Source: Psammoneis japonica (lineage: Eukaryota). From it: DNA of 64,000 nucleotides. The stretch covers positions 240,600 through 304,599 of the forward strand of contig QPGO01000001.1 of NCBI GenBank assembly GCA_008632985.1, written 5' to 3'. Shown here piece by piece: positions 47,438-60,400 of this stretch (position 1 is the first letter of the stretch; every line of letters starts with the position of its first letter). Under the pieces are notes generated by a model. That model did no database searches and was not told where the DNA came from. It worked only from the letters and a program-made list of their open reading frames with translations. A program made the translations under genes and the position numbers.

Positions 47438-48515
47438 TCATGTGTCATGCACAGAGCCAAGAGAACTAAAGTCTTGTTCAACTCCTGCCAGGCAGTGTCA
47501 GCCTTGGCTGACATCACCACGCAGAGTCTTTTCCAATGGCTGCCCCCTGCCCCCTGCCATCCACTCTGCTGTCTGTGCCTTGCTGCAGCGTTGGAGGTGC
47601 TGTGACGTGCCGAAGCACTGGCTTTTTCTTCTGACAGCATCATTGTCAAAAGTCAACATGTTTTGTGTCACAATTGTCCCTTTCCATCATTGGCTCATTG
47701 AATGGAAGGAATCAACAAGAGGGCCCCTCTTCTGGCGCCCTTGTCAAATTTGTGCTAAAATGAGCTGCAACTTTCCCCACTTGTCCTCATCAAAATGGAA
47801 TTGTGTCCTTTTCAAATTCTGCACAAGTTCCAGCAGAAATCCCACTCATTGTGCCTGTCAGGAGAGAAGCCGGGGAAGCAAAGAGAGCACTGCACAGAGA
47901 GGCGCTGCTCCCCTTCTTTGCCACTTGCCACTCCACAAGAGAGCAGAGCACCAGCACCAAGAACCCCAATCAGCCAGTGGCAAGATAAACAAGACACAAA
48001 CACAGCCCTGATGCGTTTGGCAGTCTCACCTCAATGAAACAGAATGCCTCGTGACACTCTTGAGGTGAAAATTGGAGAGGCAAAAGACAACTCAGCGCGA
48101 AACTGGACACTGGACACATTGTTGTCGAAAGAATGCTTATGTCCCAGTAAAAAAATCGTGACAATGTCCTTGAATAAAAATTGACAATATGCACAAATAA
48201 TAATGTCAAACGGTATTAAAAGGGCACTAATAAAAAGTACAGTAGCCCAATATTTGCAATCACAGAAACAAAACAGTCACAAATCTGGCATAATACCTAT
48301 ATGATAATCTATGCCCATTCAGACATCAACTTCCTGAAACGTAGAAAGGTACAGATATCTTGGTAGGATACAAACTAAAGGTAGACTTCTTCTCTTCTCG
48401 TTTTGAGCAGTTTGGAGAAAAAGAATTCTTTTTTTCGGGGGGCTCGTTTCGATGCCCAACGTCACACTAAACAAAACAGGTATCATAAAATGATCAGTCG
48501 GTTCGACAACTCGGA

Positions 48516-50459
48516 ATGATGAAGTTCGCCAGTAGAGGACTATTTCTCCTTCTTTCAGTTGCTTTCAGCCAAGCGGCAGGTGAGCAGAGCTTGGTGCCTC
48601 CCATTGTGTATGGTGTGTTAATACGACACCTTTTGCTCACTTCTTTCATTTGTTATATGTGTTTCTTGTAAAGCCTTTGACATCGAAACTAGAAAAGAGC
48701 AAAGGGCGCTCTATAACTTTGATGTAAGTAACAGGAGAGCAATTGAAGTTATCTGAACAATTCTTTTACCTTGGACTCATCAACGCGATTCGACGCCAAT
48801 TTCTCGGCGCGATAGAAATGTGAGAATGCAAGTGGTCAACTCAAATCGGCAGGAGATTGCGCGGTTCTGATGCTTTCAACAAAAAATAAGAAGAAAGTGC
48901 TCCTGTCTACCACCAGCCCGCAGGATGGCGTCTATGGTGATGTGTGTGTGGCTGCGGGTGGATCTCTTGAGAGGTCCGGAAAAGCTGTTATCTTTGGTGG
49001 CGCTCTCTTTGAACCCGGTGCAACCACTCCAAACGATATTGCAGACTTCAAAACAGGTGTAGTTGACCAAACCGTTGATCTATCAGATAAGGCAAACGAC
49101 GCAATGGAGGCTTCAACATTCTTCGAAGATCAGGACTGCGACTTGACCGTTACTTCCCTTGACTCAGAGATAGATCTATCAATTTACGGGGAAAGAGACG
49201 TTTATATCTGCATCAATGGCGCTCTTCAAATCACCTCCGATGTTACTATTGTTGGTGGCGACAAGACCAGGGTGGTTTTCAACATTGAAGACGGTCTAGC
49301 TACCAACGGTGCAAAAGTCTTGGGCAAAGGTTTCATTAAGCCAAAAAACATCATCTGGAATGTCCTGGGTGGGCCAGTGAGCTTGAAAAACAGTGTCCTC
49401 GATGGCTCAATCCTGGCCATTAAGAGCAAGGTGGACATGGTAAAATCCGAGATCAACGGTCAAGTTATCTCTGGCTTGTTGATTCGCATCTTCAACGGAT
49501 CTGCCGTGAACTGCAACGAGAGGCCATCATCTCCCCCGACTCCGGCTCCCACCAAACCCGCCAAAAAGTTCGGTGCGTGCTGCCTTACGAGTAAAAGATG
49601 TGCAGACATCCCAGAAGCACGCTGCACTAGGAAGGAGGGCAAGTACCAAGGCGACGGCACCAGCTGTAACATGCCGGACATTGCATGCCCTCGCGTTGGA
49701 GCATGTTGCTTGCCGAGCACCGGTGAGTGTATCCTTGCAAAAAAGAGCGAATGCAGGATGCAAGGAGGCAAGATCCGCCGAGGGAAGAAGTGCGAGGACT
49801 TGACATGCCCTAAAGCACCGACATCGCCTCCAAAGGAGACTCCATCACCGAAGGAGACTCCGTTACCTACTACGGATGAAAGTCCGTCACCGACTTCAAA
49901 GTCGACACTACCCCCGAAGAAGACTCCGCCGCCGACTCCCAAGAAAACGAGGTTTCCGACTCCATCGCCGACTCAAACGCAGACACCGCCTCCAAAGGAG
50001 ACTCCACCACCGAAGGAGACTCCTTCACCTACTACAAAGCCAACTCCAAAGCCAACACTACCTCCGACATCAAAACCAACACTACCCCCGACTTCAAAGC
50101 CGACGCTACCCCCGACTTCAAAGCCGACGCTACCCCCGAAGAAGACTCCGGCGCCGACGCCAAAGAAAACAAAGTCCCCGACTCCAAACCCAACGCCACC
50201 CCCTAAGAAAACTCCAAAACCTACGTATCCCGCCAGGAAGACTCCAGAGCCTACTTTACCCCCCAGGAAGACTTCAAAGCCAACTCCATCCACTGGTGCC
50301 TGCTGTGTCTTGAAGTATGGAAGGTGCCACGATCATATTGCTAGTTCAAAGTGCAACGGAAGCGGTCTGAAATGGGGTGGTGCAGGAAGCTCGTGTAGCC
50401 ACTATGGATTCTGTCCCAAGCCGACTCCGGCTGCAGGCTCCAGTTCCAGCTCCTCCTAG
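48516..50459 (+). CDS. Secreted adhesin-like family member with long PT/K-rich stalk (exons 48516-48579, 48674-48723, 48816-50459)
   Basis: Signal peptide MMKFASRGLFLLLSVAFSQAAA, GT-AG introns in the same positions as in paralogs, and an intact ORF. Confidence 0.88.
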
Positions 50460-51821
50460 AGTAGAAGAGAGAAAATCGGCTAGGTTGACGTTGCGAACAA
50501 GAGTTTGAGACGAATTATGCGCATTTAAAATTGCCCGACTAGACTATTTTCTCCAAAATGGATGCATCAAAATTTGCATCAAAGATTGACCTACTATCAA
50601 AATTTTGAACTGTAATGTGTACTTAATCATACCCTTCTTTCATAGCACGGACAAATGCTTGTTCCCATGATGTTCTTGAATGGAAGCAAAACGCATGAGT
50701 CATTCTTGGTACGAACACTGCTCTACAAAAACAAGACTTCTGGTTCGAGCTCAGGCTTTCACTCTGAGTCACGCAGTTACAGTGAGAGCAAAAACTTTGG
50801 GATCGGGTTCTGTTTTTTAGGTTCCTGCTCCTCCTAGAGAAACAACGGCAAGGGTGGCAGTACCAGAGGGCCACAGTAGGTGCGCACACGTCAAAGGCAA
50901 ACCACGGAGATTGGATATACCGACAATTTCTCCCCATCGTACACGCGACAAGATGACGCATGCTGTACCGTAATGTGTAACAGATATTCGAGCTTCAAGA
51001 AAGAATGGTTGCAATGGTAATGTATAAGTCATTGTAATAATAATAGTAATAATAGCTTTCTCATATTGACAAATGGTTGCTCTCGTGCTTCCCCTTTCTT
51101 GCAAAAGGTGAAAGACTACAGCTGCATACCATGCGTTCATTCCGCGCGCCTCTCGAGCATCGCCCCACTGTATGTGTGCATCCCACAATACCTTTCCGAT
51201 CGTCACAACACGTCAGGGGTACTGTATGTCAAAGCCAATACAGAGGAAAGCATAAACCGCGGCGGGCCTATTCGTCCTCATTCCCTCCATCCTTTCACAA
51301 GTTGATTCAATAGTTCAGCGACGAAACTCGAATTCTGACTCTTCATACTAGAGTTTTGCCCAAGCGCTGTGCGCCTGGGACGACACCGCAACACATTCAC
51401 CGTTCTCGTTCCTCCAAAACAGAAGTCGAGTGCAAATTCGAGTCTAATCTTGAGGTTTTGAGTTTGATTTCGACAATACATACACTTGAAAAACACAAAT
51501 ACCTATCATACGAGTGACATATAGGAGAGAGTAATGACCAAAGATGATGTCTCTCCTTATCTCTTTCAGAACAAACAATAGTTCAATAAATGTTAGTCAT
51601 CAAAGACAATGTTCTAAACTGTCAAAACGGTATTGCAGATAATGACTTTATATATGCCCAAGTGTCCCAAGATAATGCATAGGTACAATCCTACAGCGGT
51701 CTTGGTAGGATAAATCAGACAAATGGGAAAGGAGAATTCTTCTTTTTCGTTGTTTTCATTCCTCCCGCACCCCCATTCTCTCACAAAACGAGCAGTCGGT
51801 TCAAATAAACAGGTTGGAACC

Positions 51822-53628
51822 ATGAAGTTCGTAAATAAGGGAGTTTTTCTCCTTCTTTCTGTTGCTTTCAGTGGAGCAGCAGGTAAGCAAAGATTTCATA
51901 CTTGTAGTTTCGCATACATGGAATGTTATTTCGATGGTTCTTTGCTCACTTTTCACAAAATTCTTCTACGCAGCCTCCGACATCAGAGCAAATGAGCAAA
52001 GGACTCTCTACAATTTTGATGTAAGTATCGAGAGAGTAATCGAAGTGCTCTGAACAAGTCATTTGTTCATGAATTGTTGTCCTTTCATGATACGCATGAT
52101 TCAAACTGAATGTTGCTCGGTGTGCTCTGCTAATTAGAAATGCGAGAATGCAAGTGGACAGCTGAAGTCGGCGGGTGATTGCGCTGTGTTGATGCTGTCG
52201 AAAAATAACAAGAAGAAGGTGATTTTGTCTAGTCCTCGCTCGCAGGATGGTGTGTATGGAGACACTTGTGTGGCTGCCGATGGATCTCTGGAGAGATCTG
52301 GTGAAGCTACTCTATTCGGCAGTGCTCTCTTTGAGCCCGGTGCAACCGCTCCGGATGACATTGAAGATTTCACGACGGGGGAAGTCGACGAAACCGTTGA
52401 TCTATCAGACAAAGATAACGACGCGACTGAGGCATCAGCATTCTTTGGTGATCAGGACTGCGACTTGACCGTTACTTCCCTTGACTCCGAGATCGATCTT
52501 TCGACCTACGGCGACAGAGACGTTTATATCTGCGTTGACGGTGCTCTTGAAATCACCACAGACGTCACTATTATTGGAGGCAACAAGAACAGGGTTGTTT
52601 TCAACATTAAAGATAGCCTTAGTTCTGACGGCGCCAAGGTCCTAGGAAAAGGATCTATCAAGCCGAAAAAAATTATCTGGAATGTCCTCAGCGGTCCAGT
52701 CGTCTTGAAAAACAGTGTCCTCGATGGCTCAATCCTGGCCATTAAGAGTAAGGTGGACATGGTAAAATCCGAGATCAACGGTCAAGTTATCTCTGGCTTG
52801 TTGATTCGCATCTTCAATGGATCTTCTGTGAACTGCAACGAGAAGCCAGGGCCACCCCCGACTCCGGCTCCCACCAAACCCCCGACAAAGTTCGGCGCGT
52901 GCTGCCTTTCGAGCAAAAAATGCGCAGTCATCCCAGAAGATCGTTGCATCAAAAAGCAGGGCAAGTATCAAGGTGACGACACCAATTGCAACATGCCGGA
53001 CATTGACTGCCCCCGCGTGGGAGCCTGCTGCCTGCCACGCACTGGAGAATGTATCACTACCAAGAAGCGCGAATGTAAGGTACAAGGAGGTAAGTTCAGG
53101 CTCGGAAAGGAGTGCGAGGACGTGACGTGCCCAAAGCCACCGACGGCAAAACCGACTCCACCCCCGAAGAAGACTCCGCCGCCGACTCCGTCTACTGGTG
53201 CCTGTTGCATGGTGAAGTATGGAAGGTGCCACGACAATGTTTCTCTATCAAGGTGCCAACGAACTGGTCTTAAGTGGGGAGGTGCAGGCAGCAAGTGTAG
53301 CGACGATGGATTCTGTCCCAAACCGACCCGTTCGCCAACTCCAGGGAAAGGTGGCAAGGGTGCTGACAGGCCCACGAGCTCCGGATCTAGCAGCAGCGGA
53401 AAGGGCGGAATCGGCGGCAGCTCGAGCTCTAGCTCGGGTTTCAGTAGCGGCGGAAAGGGCGGAATCGGCGGCTCGGGATCTAGTAGCTCGGGCTCAAGCA
53501 ACGGCGGAAAGGGCGGAAACACTGGCAACTCGGGATCTAGTTCCGGCTCTGGCTCTGCCTCTAGTGCCGGCTGGGGCGGGTACCGTGGCGGGTACCATGG
53601 CGGTGGAGGTGCGGGATCCTCCTCTTAG
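51822..53628 (+). CDS. Secreted adhesin-like family member with G/S/K tail ending GWGGYRGGYHGGGGAGSSS (exons 51822-51882, 51974-52020, 52138-53628)
   Basis: Signal peptide, two GT-AG introns and an intact ORF. Closest paralog is 31383-33183. Confidence 0.88.
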
Positions 53629-54249
53629 AGAAACAACGCCAATAGCAAGATAACTGCATAGCGCAAGTCAACATCACTAGAGCCTAACGAATCGATTGCA
53701 ATGCGTATCGATTATGCGAACTTCAAAACAATTGAAACAGAAGTAGACAATTTCATCGTCATTGCCATGCCAAGATGTGCCAAACGGTTGCTTTCCTACT
53801 GGGGTTGACTTGTCGTCCCACTTCCTTCAATATTCTTTATTACGACACTCAACACAGGGGGTGAGAAAAAACGAAATACTGCAAACTTGCGGAGAGATGT
53901 TGCTTTCCTTTGTTCTTCTTTCAATTCGAATGAGGTGCTCTTGTAGATTGAAAAGGCATGAATCGTTAGATTTGAACTAATCCCCAGGCCTTTTATGTGT
54001 CGTTATGACGACAACAAAGCCCCAATCCAAAAAAAGCGTTCGCCGTCCAATCCGGAATTCCTGAAGCACTTCCACCTCCTCGTCTTTGCAAAAATGCTAA
54101 TGGCAGTGGTGCCGCGTCGTACAGAGAGCACATGTCGTAATTTTGTCATTCCTTCCTCTCGCCGTCTCGGCGCTCCACGCTCGATCGTTCTATTAAAAAC
54201 TGAAAGAATCCTTCGACATTGAACCGCATTCTTTGGAGGGACGGTTGAC

Positions 54250-55000
54250 ACGTTTTTACCCAACCGTGTCTGGTCCATGTCACCGTAAGAAGCCACTCAT
54301 AGACAGACGAGCTTATGGGTGACAAGCCATGTGGGAACGACATTGATTTGTTGTGGAAGGGTTGTGCAGAGCTTGGTTTCCAAACAGCCGACCGCGCACA
54401 AGGAACCACCTCGGAGGACTTGGTGGACGCTTTAATTGTTAGTCTTGATAAAAGATTGGAGCTACTTGTTGGGATCGATGATTGAAAACATGCTTTGGTC
54501 ATGGCGCGCATCAATAAATTAGCTGTTGGCGGCTTTAGCTTGAGCATTGTACTTGTCCGTGATTAGATAGGGGTCTTGATCAACTACCCTGTGGACCAGC
54601 TCTAGTAATTTTCGCAGATGGCTTCCTTTCTGTAGTATGAGAACGGTTGACATGATTTGTGGAGTGTTTCGAATCTCTTTGTTATCCTTGCCAATCTCAA
54701 AAGCCATCAATGCCTGCTCCGTGGTATACTTGTGCTCCAGATGGGAAAGCTCAAAGCTCAACATATCATACTGCGACTCTTGTAGCATCTTTATATATTA
54801 GTAAACCTTGTTTCAGCTTGAGGGTTCAGCTCGCACCCAGCATCGGCATACACCAAAACATCTCCTTCTTCCATTTCCTGAAAGCATGGCATCGAGCAAG
54901 TTTCCAGATCCAGTAGCCACCGCCTCGGCGTTGCTGTAGAATGTCGCGGTACTTATCTTTGCACGACGTAGGAAGGTCCTCTGAGCCGAACGCTTTCATG
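54250..55000 (-). pseudogene. Glycosyltransferase-like gene (GGYWIWK ... YADAG ... RHDQS), disrupted
   Basis: GGGYWIWK near 54900-54925 is followed by a frameshift. There is an in-frame TAA at 54519-54521 where the other copy has GAA. Confidence 0.55.
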
Positions 55001-56141
55001 CGACTAGTCTAAGCCATTTCGTAGCGTTGGCCTGCTCGAGCAACATTTCTTTTCTTTGTGTAAAGCCGCCGTCACCAAATGTGACAAAGTGAATGGCAGG
55101 ACTACGATCCACAACAACATCTTCTTGTTGGGTGATTCCCCCCCCCCCTCCCCACGGTCGCCAGATTTGTTGATATCCAAATTGTCCGTTGAAAGATACG
55201 ATTTGCTACGATTGCTCTCAGAAACACCTAATGCTTCAACATCAATGATGCCTCTTTGTGATTGCACTGCCAATTTTGACGACTCTTGTGCTCGAATACT
55301 GTCGGCAATGATGAGAAAAATAGAGGCAGCTATCGCACCAATAAGTTGGAAGATTGTAGCCAACGAGGCCATCGTTTGTGCCCTTTCTGTTGTGCACCAT
55401 GGTTACTTGTCCTGATTGTGCTCTTTTCGAAATGAGTGAGGTGCCGGAGGCGAGAATTCCAAAGGCGAACATAATGTGAGGATATTATGATGTGAGGAAC
55501 GCGTCGGCGCACCTGCTTGATAGCTTCTTCAGCTTCAGGCACGTCTACACAAAATTTACAGCCGTTACGGATAAATTCTACCGGTCTCACCTTGTCTGTA
55601 GGACAAGCAGGTCTACAATAGTGTACAGAACAATCAACCTATCTTTATCTCTGTTACGAAATTGTTGCAACGCAACAACCAAGACGACTGTATGTGTCGG
55701 TTGTTGGTTGGAACAGAAAGCGAGAAGCGCGCGACGGATTGCGAGTTGCGAGCGTTGAGACGTGCTACCGTATCACTGGCCCTATTTTTGGAATTTTTGA
55801 ATTAGGCTGGCGCGATGCAGTAGAAATTGTACAGGCTTCTCTAGTAGAGATTGTTCGATCATTTTTGAAATTTTTGCTTTGACGCCGGACAGACACTCCA
55901 CGTGGCATCAGAGCGTTCGCTCACTTTTTGGCAAAAATTCGTCAGAAATTCGTCGCAATCGGGAGAACAGCCCACTGCGTTGTGTGAATCAGTCGTTGAC
56001 ATGTCCAAACCGATAATCGGGACAGCGTCAATTCATTCGAAAGAGAACTATAGTACTGACTGGTACCCTGTACACAAAAGGCTACTACGTCTCAATAATT
56101 GACAAGTTGTTTTGTTGCTGCCATCAAATCATCATCAAAGT

Positions 56142-57332
56142 ATGAGACTCTTTTGTTTGAGCAGTTTGTTTCTTCTCGGCGTGTTGCTTCGCCACTATGC
56201 CATTTATGCATTCACCATGCACCAAGCATCGCGACACCCATCACACTTTACAGCTTCACCGACAACCACGCGAGTCTTTGCAGCTGCCACTGCCAAAAAT
56301 GACGAGATACAATCCATGAGAGCGAGTGAAATCAAGAAGGAATTGGAGAGTTATGGGATTTCAACAAAGAGTTTTCTAGAAAAGAAAGAATTAGTAGAGG
56401 CCCTCGTCAAGGCACGTGCCGAGGGAAGAACCCCAGTGGAAAAGAAAACAACCAGCACGACAACAAGCACTGCGAGTGCTTCTACTAGCTCCAGTAGCAG
56501 CAGAGCATCATCTTCATCTACTGCTTCGTCCTCGACTACATCATCATCTCGAGAGGAACGACTCCAAAAGGAAATGGCCTCTTGCAACTCCATGAAGGCT
56601 TCCGAATTGAAAAAGGAATTGGAATCGCTCGGAATATCGACAAGATCCTTTTTTGAGAAATCAGAGTTTGTCAAGGCCTTGGCCGAAGCTCGTGTGGATG
56701 GTGTGAAAAAGACTGCGGGTAGCAGTAGTAGTAGTGATGAAGGTTATGCCGAATACAAGGAAGTGGAAGTGTTGACGGACGATGCAGCTGGTCCACGAAA
56801 AAAGCAATCTCAACAACAGCAACAGCAACAAGGGAATCCGTTTGGTGGTGGAGCCGCTGGCAGTCCGTTTGGTGGAGCCGCTGGTGGTGGTAGTCCGTTT
56901 GGAGGTGGAGCGGCAGGTGGAATGGGAGGCATTGCTGACATGCTGAAAAATATGGGAGTGGGCGGTGGTGCAGCCGGTGGCGCAAATCCGTTTGGTGGAG
57001 CAGCCGGTGGTGCGAACCCGTTTGGTGGAGCAGCTGGAGGTGCGAACCCGTTTGGCGGAGCAGCTGGAGGTGCGAACCCGTTTGGTGGGGCAAATCCATT
57101 TGGCGGCGGGGCCAATCCGTTTGGAGGTGGCGGTGGAATGGGAGATGCCATGGGCAAGGCACAAGAATTAATGAAGAATCCAAAGGTTCAACAACTCATG
57201 GCCAAAGCGCAGAGTAACCCAAGAATCATGGCTGCCATGACGGAATGCATGAGCAATCCTGCGGCATTTGCCAAGTACCAAAATGATCCTGAAATGAAGG
57301 AACTCATGGACGAACTTCAAAAGTTAATGTAG
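56142..57332 (+). CDS. Probable plastid-targeted co-chaperone-like protein: two SAP/LEM-like helical repeats, GGANPF repeats, C-terminal STI1 domain
   Basis: Signal peptide followed by AF (diatom bipartite leader). Repeat MRASEIKKELESYGISTKSFLEKKELVEALVKAR occurs twice. STI1-like LMKNPKVQQLM..NPRIM..NPAAFAKYQNDPEM. Confidence 0.75.
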   Translation: MRLFCLSSLFLLGVLLRHYAIYAFTMHQASRHPSHFTASPTTTRVFAAATAKNDEIQSMRASEIKKELESYGISTKSFLEKKELVEALVKARAEGRTPVEKKTTSTTTSTASASTSSSSSRASSSSTASSSTTSSSREERLQKEMASCNSMKASELKKELESLGISTRSFFEKSEFVKALAEARVDGVKKTAGSSSSSDEGYAEYKEVEVLTDDAAGPRKKQSQQQQQQQGNPFGGGAAGSPFGGAAGGGSPFGGGAAGGMGGIADMLKNMGVGGGAAGGANPFGGAAGGANPFGGAAGGANPFGGAAGGANPFGGANPFGGGANPFGGGGGMGDAMGKAQELMKNPKVQQLMAKAQSNPRIMAAMTECMSNPAAFAKYQNDPEMKELMDELQKLM

Positions 57333-57468
57333 AGCGAAATTACGTATAACAGGCAGCATGTAACAAGCACGTCTTCCAAGCTTTGTACCGCGTGGGTATA
57401 ATGGTTCTCAAAGAGGTTTTTATCCAATGTCTACTACTAATGTATATGTACGCTGGGTGCAGAGCTCA

Positions 57469-60400
57469 TCACGAGAGTCCGCCCATAATATCTAGCAACG
57501 TGTTGTTGTCCAGAGCGCCGCTCGGAGCGCCGCTTGGTGTTGGTGTGCCCTCAATCTGACTGGATTCCGACTTTCCGACCACACCCAAATGAACAGGGAG
57601 TGCCGGCGGATGGTATCGCATTTTCAGTTGCTTTGAAAGTTCCAGACAGTAGCTATTTAACTCAGCTTTGCTCTGTAAAATTTTTGCAACGTCCTGCCAC
57701 CCGGCAACGTGCTGAGCGACAACGACATATTCGACAAACCCTAGATCGACTTCGACACGTAGGGCGCGAAAAGCGATGAAGCTGACCCACTCTCTCCCTC
57801 TTGCTTTGATGTAGGTCTCGACCGAATTGCGGAATATTTCGATTAACGAAAACTTTACATCAACAGCAAACTTCATGTTCACGTACACAATCGCTTTGGG
57901 AGACCTATTGGCGTTGACCACTCGCATGCGAGCGAGGGAGCCGTTTGAATAGGTGGCTACCTCGTTGGTTGTAGCAAAACGGACGGTAGTTGTATAAAGA
58001 TCGACCTTCTCAACAAACCACCCCGGCGATCCATCGCGCCCGAGATCCACTGACGGATCGGAAATATGAATTCTGTCGCCTATATCATATGGCTTCCTTA
58101 CCAAAATAAAGAGAATACCCTGATTAACGGTTTCAACGCATGAGTTTCATACTGTGAATAGTACAACGCATGTTGCAGACTCACGCAAGCTTTACAAACG
58201 CTTACCTCGAAGTATTGGGAACTCGCAGGCCCAATCATGAAGGCAAATCCCACAATGAGACCCGAGATGGCAAGGATCAACTCCATTGGGTCGACGCCCA
58301 GAAACGGCAAGAGAATGAAACACAAGATAATGTAAAACACTACATTGAAGATCTTTTCGAAAGCCTGATCGACCTGTGAGGAGTTGGAGATTGAAGCTCG
58401 AAGAAGTCGAAGTTCCTTGTAGACTCGGTCAATTGCAGCCAAAAAGTCCAACATGGTTAAATTCCCTTCGTTGTCGGGACGAAGAAGCCGGTACAATCGC
58501 TTAAGTCTCGCTACATTGTAATCGTCATTCTTTTCTTTGGCCACTTCTGCGATGGTTTGGAACGACAGGATTTCTCTACCTTCGGCCTCGCCCAGGAGTA
58601 GCTTCTCGTAAAGCAATTGAGACGATTGCACACAAAGTTCACGAGTTCTCGCCGAACCAAATAACGTCGAGAATGGATAATCATCATCTATGTAGTTCTG
58701 TGCCTGGCGGAACTGCAAAATCGCAGCAAGGGTCATGTTGTTCTTGTACGCGACAGGGGAAAAAGCAAAGCTTAGAAAATGCACACGGATTCCAACAAAC
58801 CATCCACTGACAATTCCTGCATGTCCCGCCTTACCATGTCATCCATTGAGTCCCTTCGTGGCTCATCCCAAGGACCAAGTTGCTGAGTTATCTTTGCTCG
58901 CTGAGAACGCAAGACAGAAGGCTGAAAAGGCAGGTGTCGACTGCTAGGCGAGTCTGTCCGCGCGGAATTAGTCGCATTTCCACTGCTTTTTGGAGGCGGG
59001 GACTCGGTGGCAGCATCTTCCTTTGTGCCTTCAAAGATTGCGCTTCCACTACTTTCAAATGAGTCCCCTCCGCTCAAACCGGATTTGCGGTTCGAAACAA
59101 TACCACGAGCCAACTTCGCTGCAGCAAAAGCCGAGTTGTTCTCATTCCCGAAGGATGTGTCCCCATCGGCTTCAGACTCACTCTTCGCATCTTCCCAAAG
59201 CAAAATTGGTTCTGGTCGTAACGCGGTAGATGTAGCGCCCCTATTCTTCTCTTCCAGGTCATGTCCTAGATTTGCCAGCAAGCTTATGAGAAGCATGTCA
59301 TTCATAACCGATGCAAGCTGTTTGCCATACATTCTGTAAGTCCTCTTGGACAAGTAAATGCCCATCCAGAGCCGTTTGCAAGAAACGATGAACGCTAAGA
59401 CCATCGAGACGGCAAGGACATTGTTGTATACTTCGTTTTTAGTGGTATTTCCAGCAGGATTCTCCGCGTTAAAGAGGGCAATTGCGTCCTGCCAGTAGAG
59501 CCAGTGATTGACAAACGTTGTATCCCCGGCCAACAATAAGATATCCAATAAGGCCCACATGAAGAGAATAAACGGCCATCCTTTGCTTTGTACAAGAAAC
59601 AGAGTAACTCGAGGTCCTAAGATACGCACGGTTGTCCGGTGCCGGAGAGAAAGAAAGTCGATAAAAAAGACTTCCAATACCTTGGCAATGGTAAAGGTAA
59701 TGGCCTGTCGAATGAACAAAAATATTAAGAACCAAGAAATCGATGGACATGCAGCAGCATCACTGCATGTTCTTGGAAGATTGGACCGAAAGGGGTAGAA
59801 CAGAATCACGGACAAGATCAAGGTGGGGATAAACACCCATTGCACCAGAGCCCGACAATACGAATACATGGATTGCTTTCGTGGCCTCAAAAAGTCGTAC
59901 ATTTGGTACATGTCACCGACTGCTCTTCTCTTGAACCGTCGTGCCTTGGATTTCACTTTCAACGCCTTGAGTTTTCTAAGAGCGCCATGACTTTCGTTTT
60001 TATCGTTGGCACTGCCATTTCCATTGTCTTCGCACGGGACGCCGCCGAGCTCTACATCATGGGTATCGGGAGTCGCCGCGTCCGTCTTTTTCTTGTGAAT
60101 GCTAAGTCGCCAAAATCTTCCCTTCTTTCCCACCACTTGATTCGATGGGGTCTCTACATTCGCTTCACTTGTTGGAGCGACTGCCTTGCCGGATCGCTGA
60201 AACAAGACGTTCGCATTGTGAATGAGTTGATCGTTTGCTGTAACTGGCTCTGCAGACTGTTCCACATCGTGGTGGGATAACGTTGGTGCATGTATCGTCG
60301 TTGCTTGCGAAACACCATGATTTGTACCATGATTCGTACCGCTGCTGACCCCCAGGTTTACTTCATGGTCCTTTACGTCAGCAATATCGTGAACACGGTC

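Noticed and set aside
56830..57135. 30-bp tandem repeat
   Set aside because: It is an ordinary coding low-complexity linker (GGAAGGANPF) within the STI1 protein.
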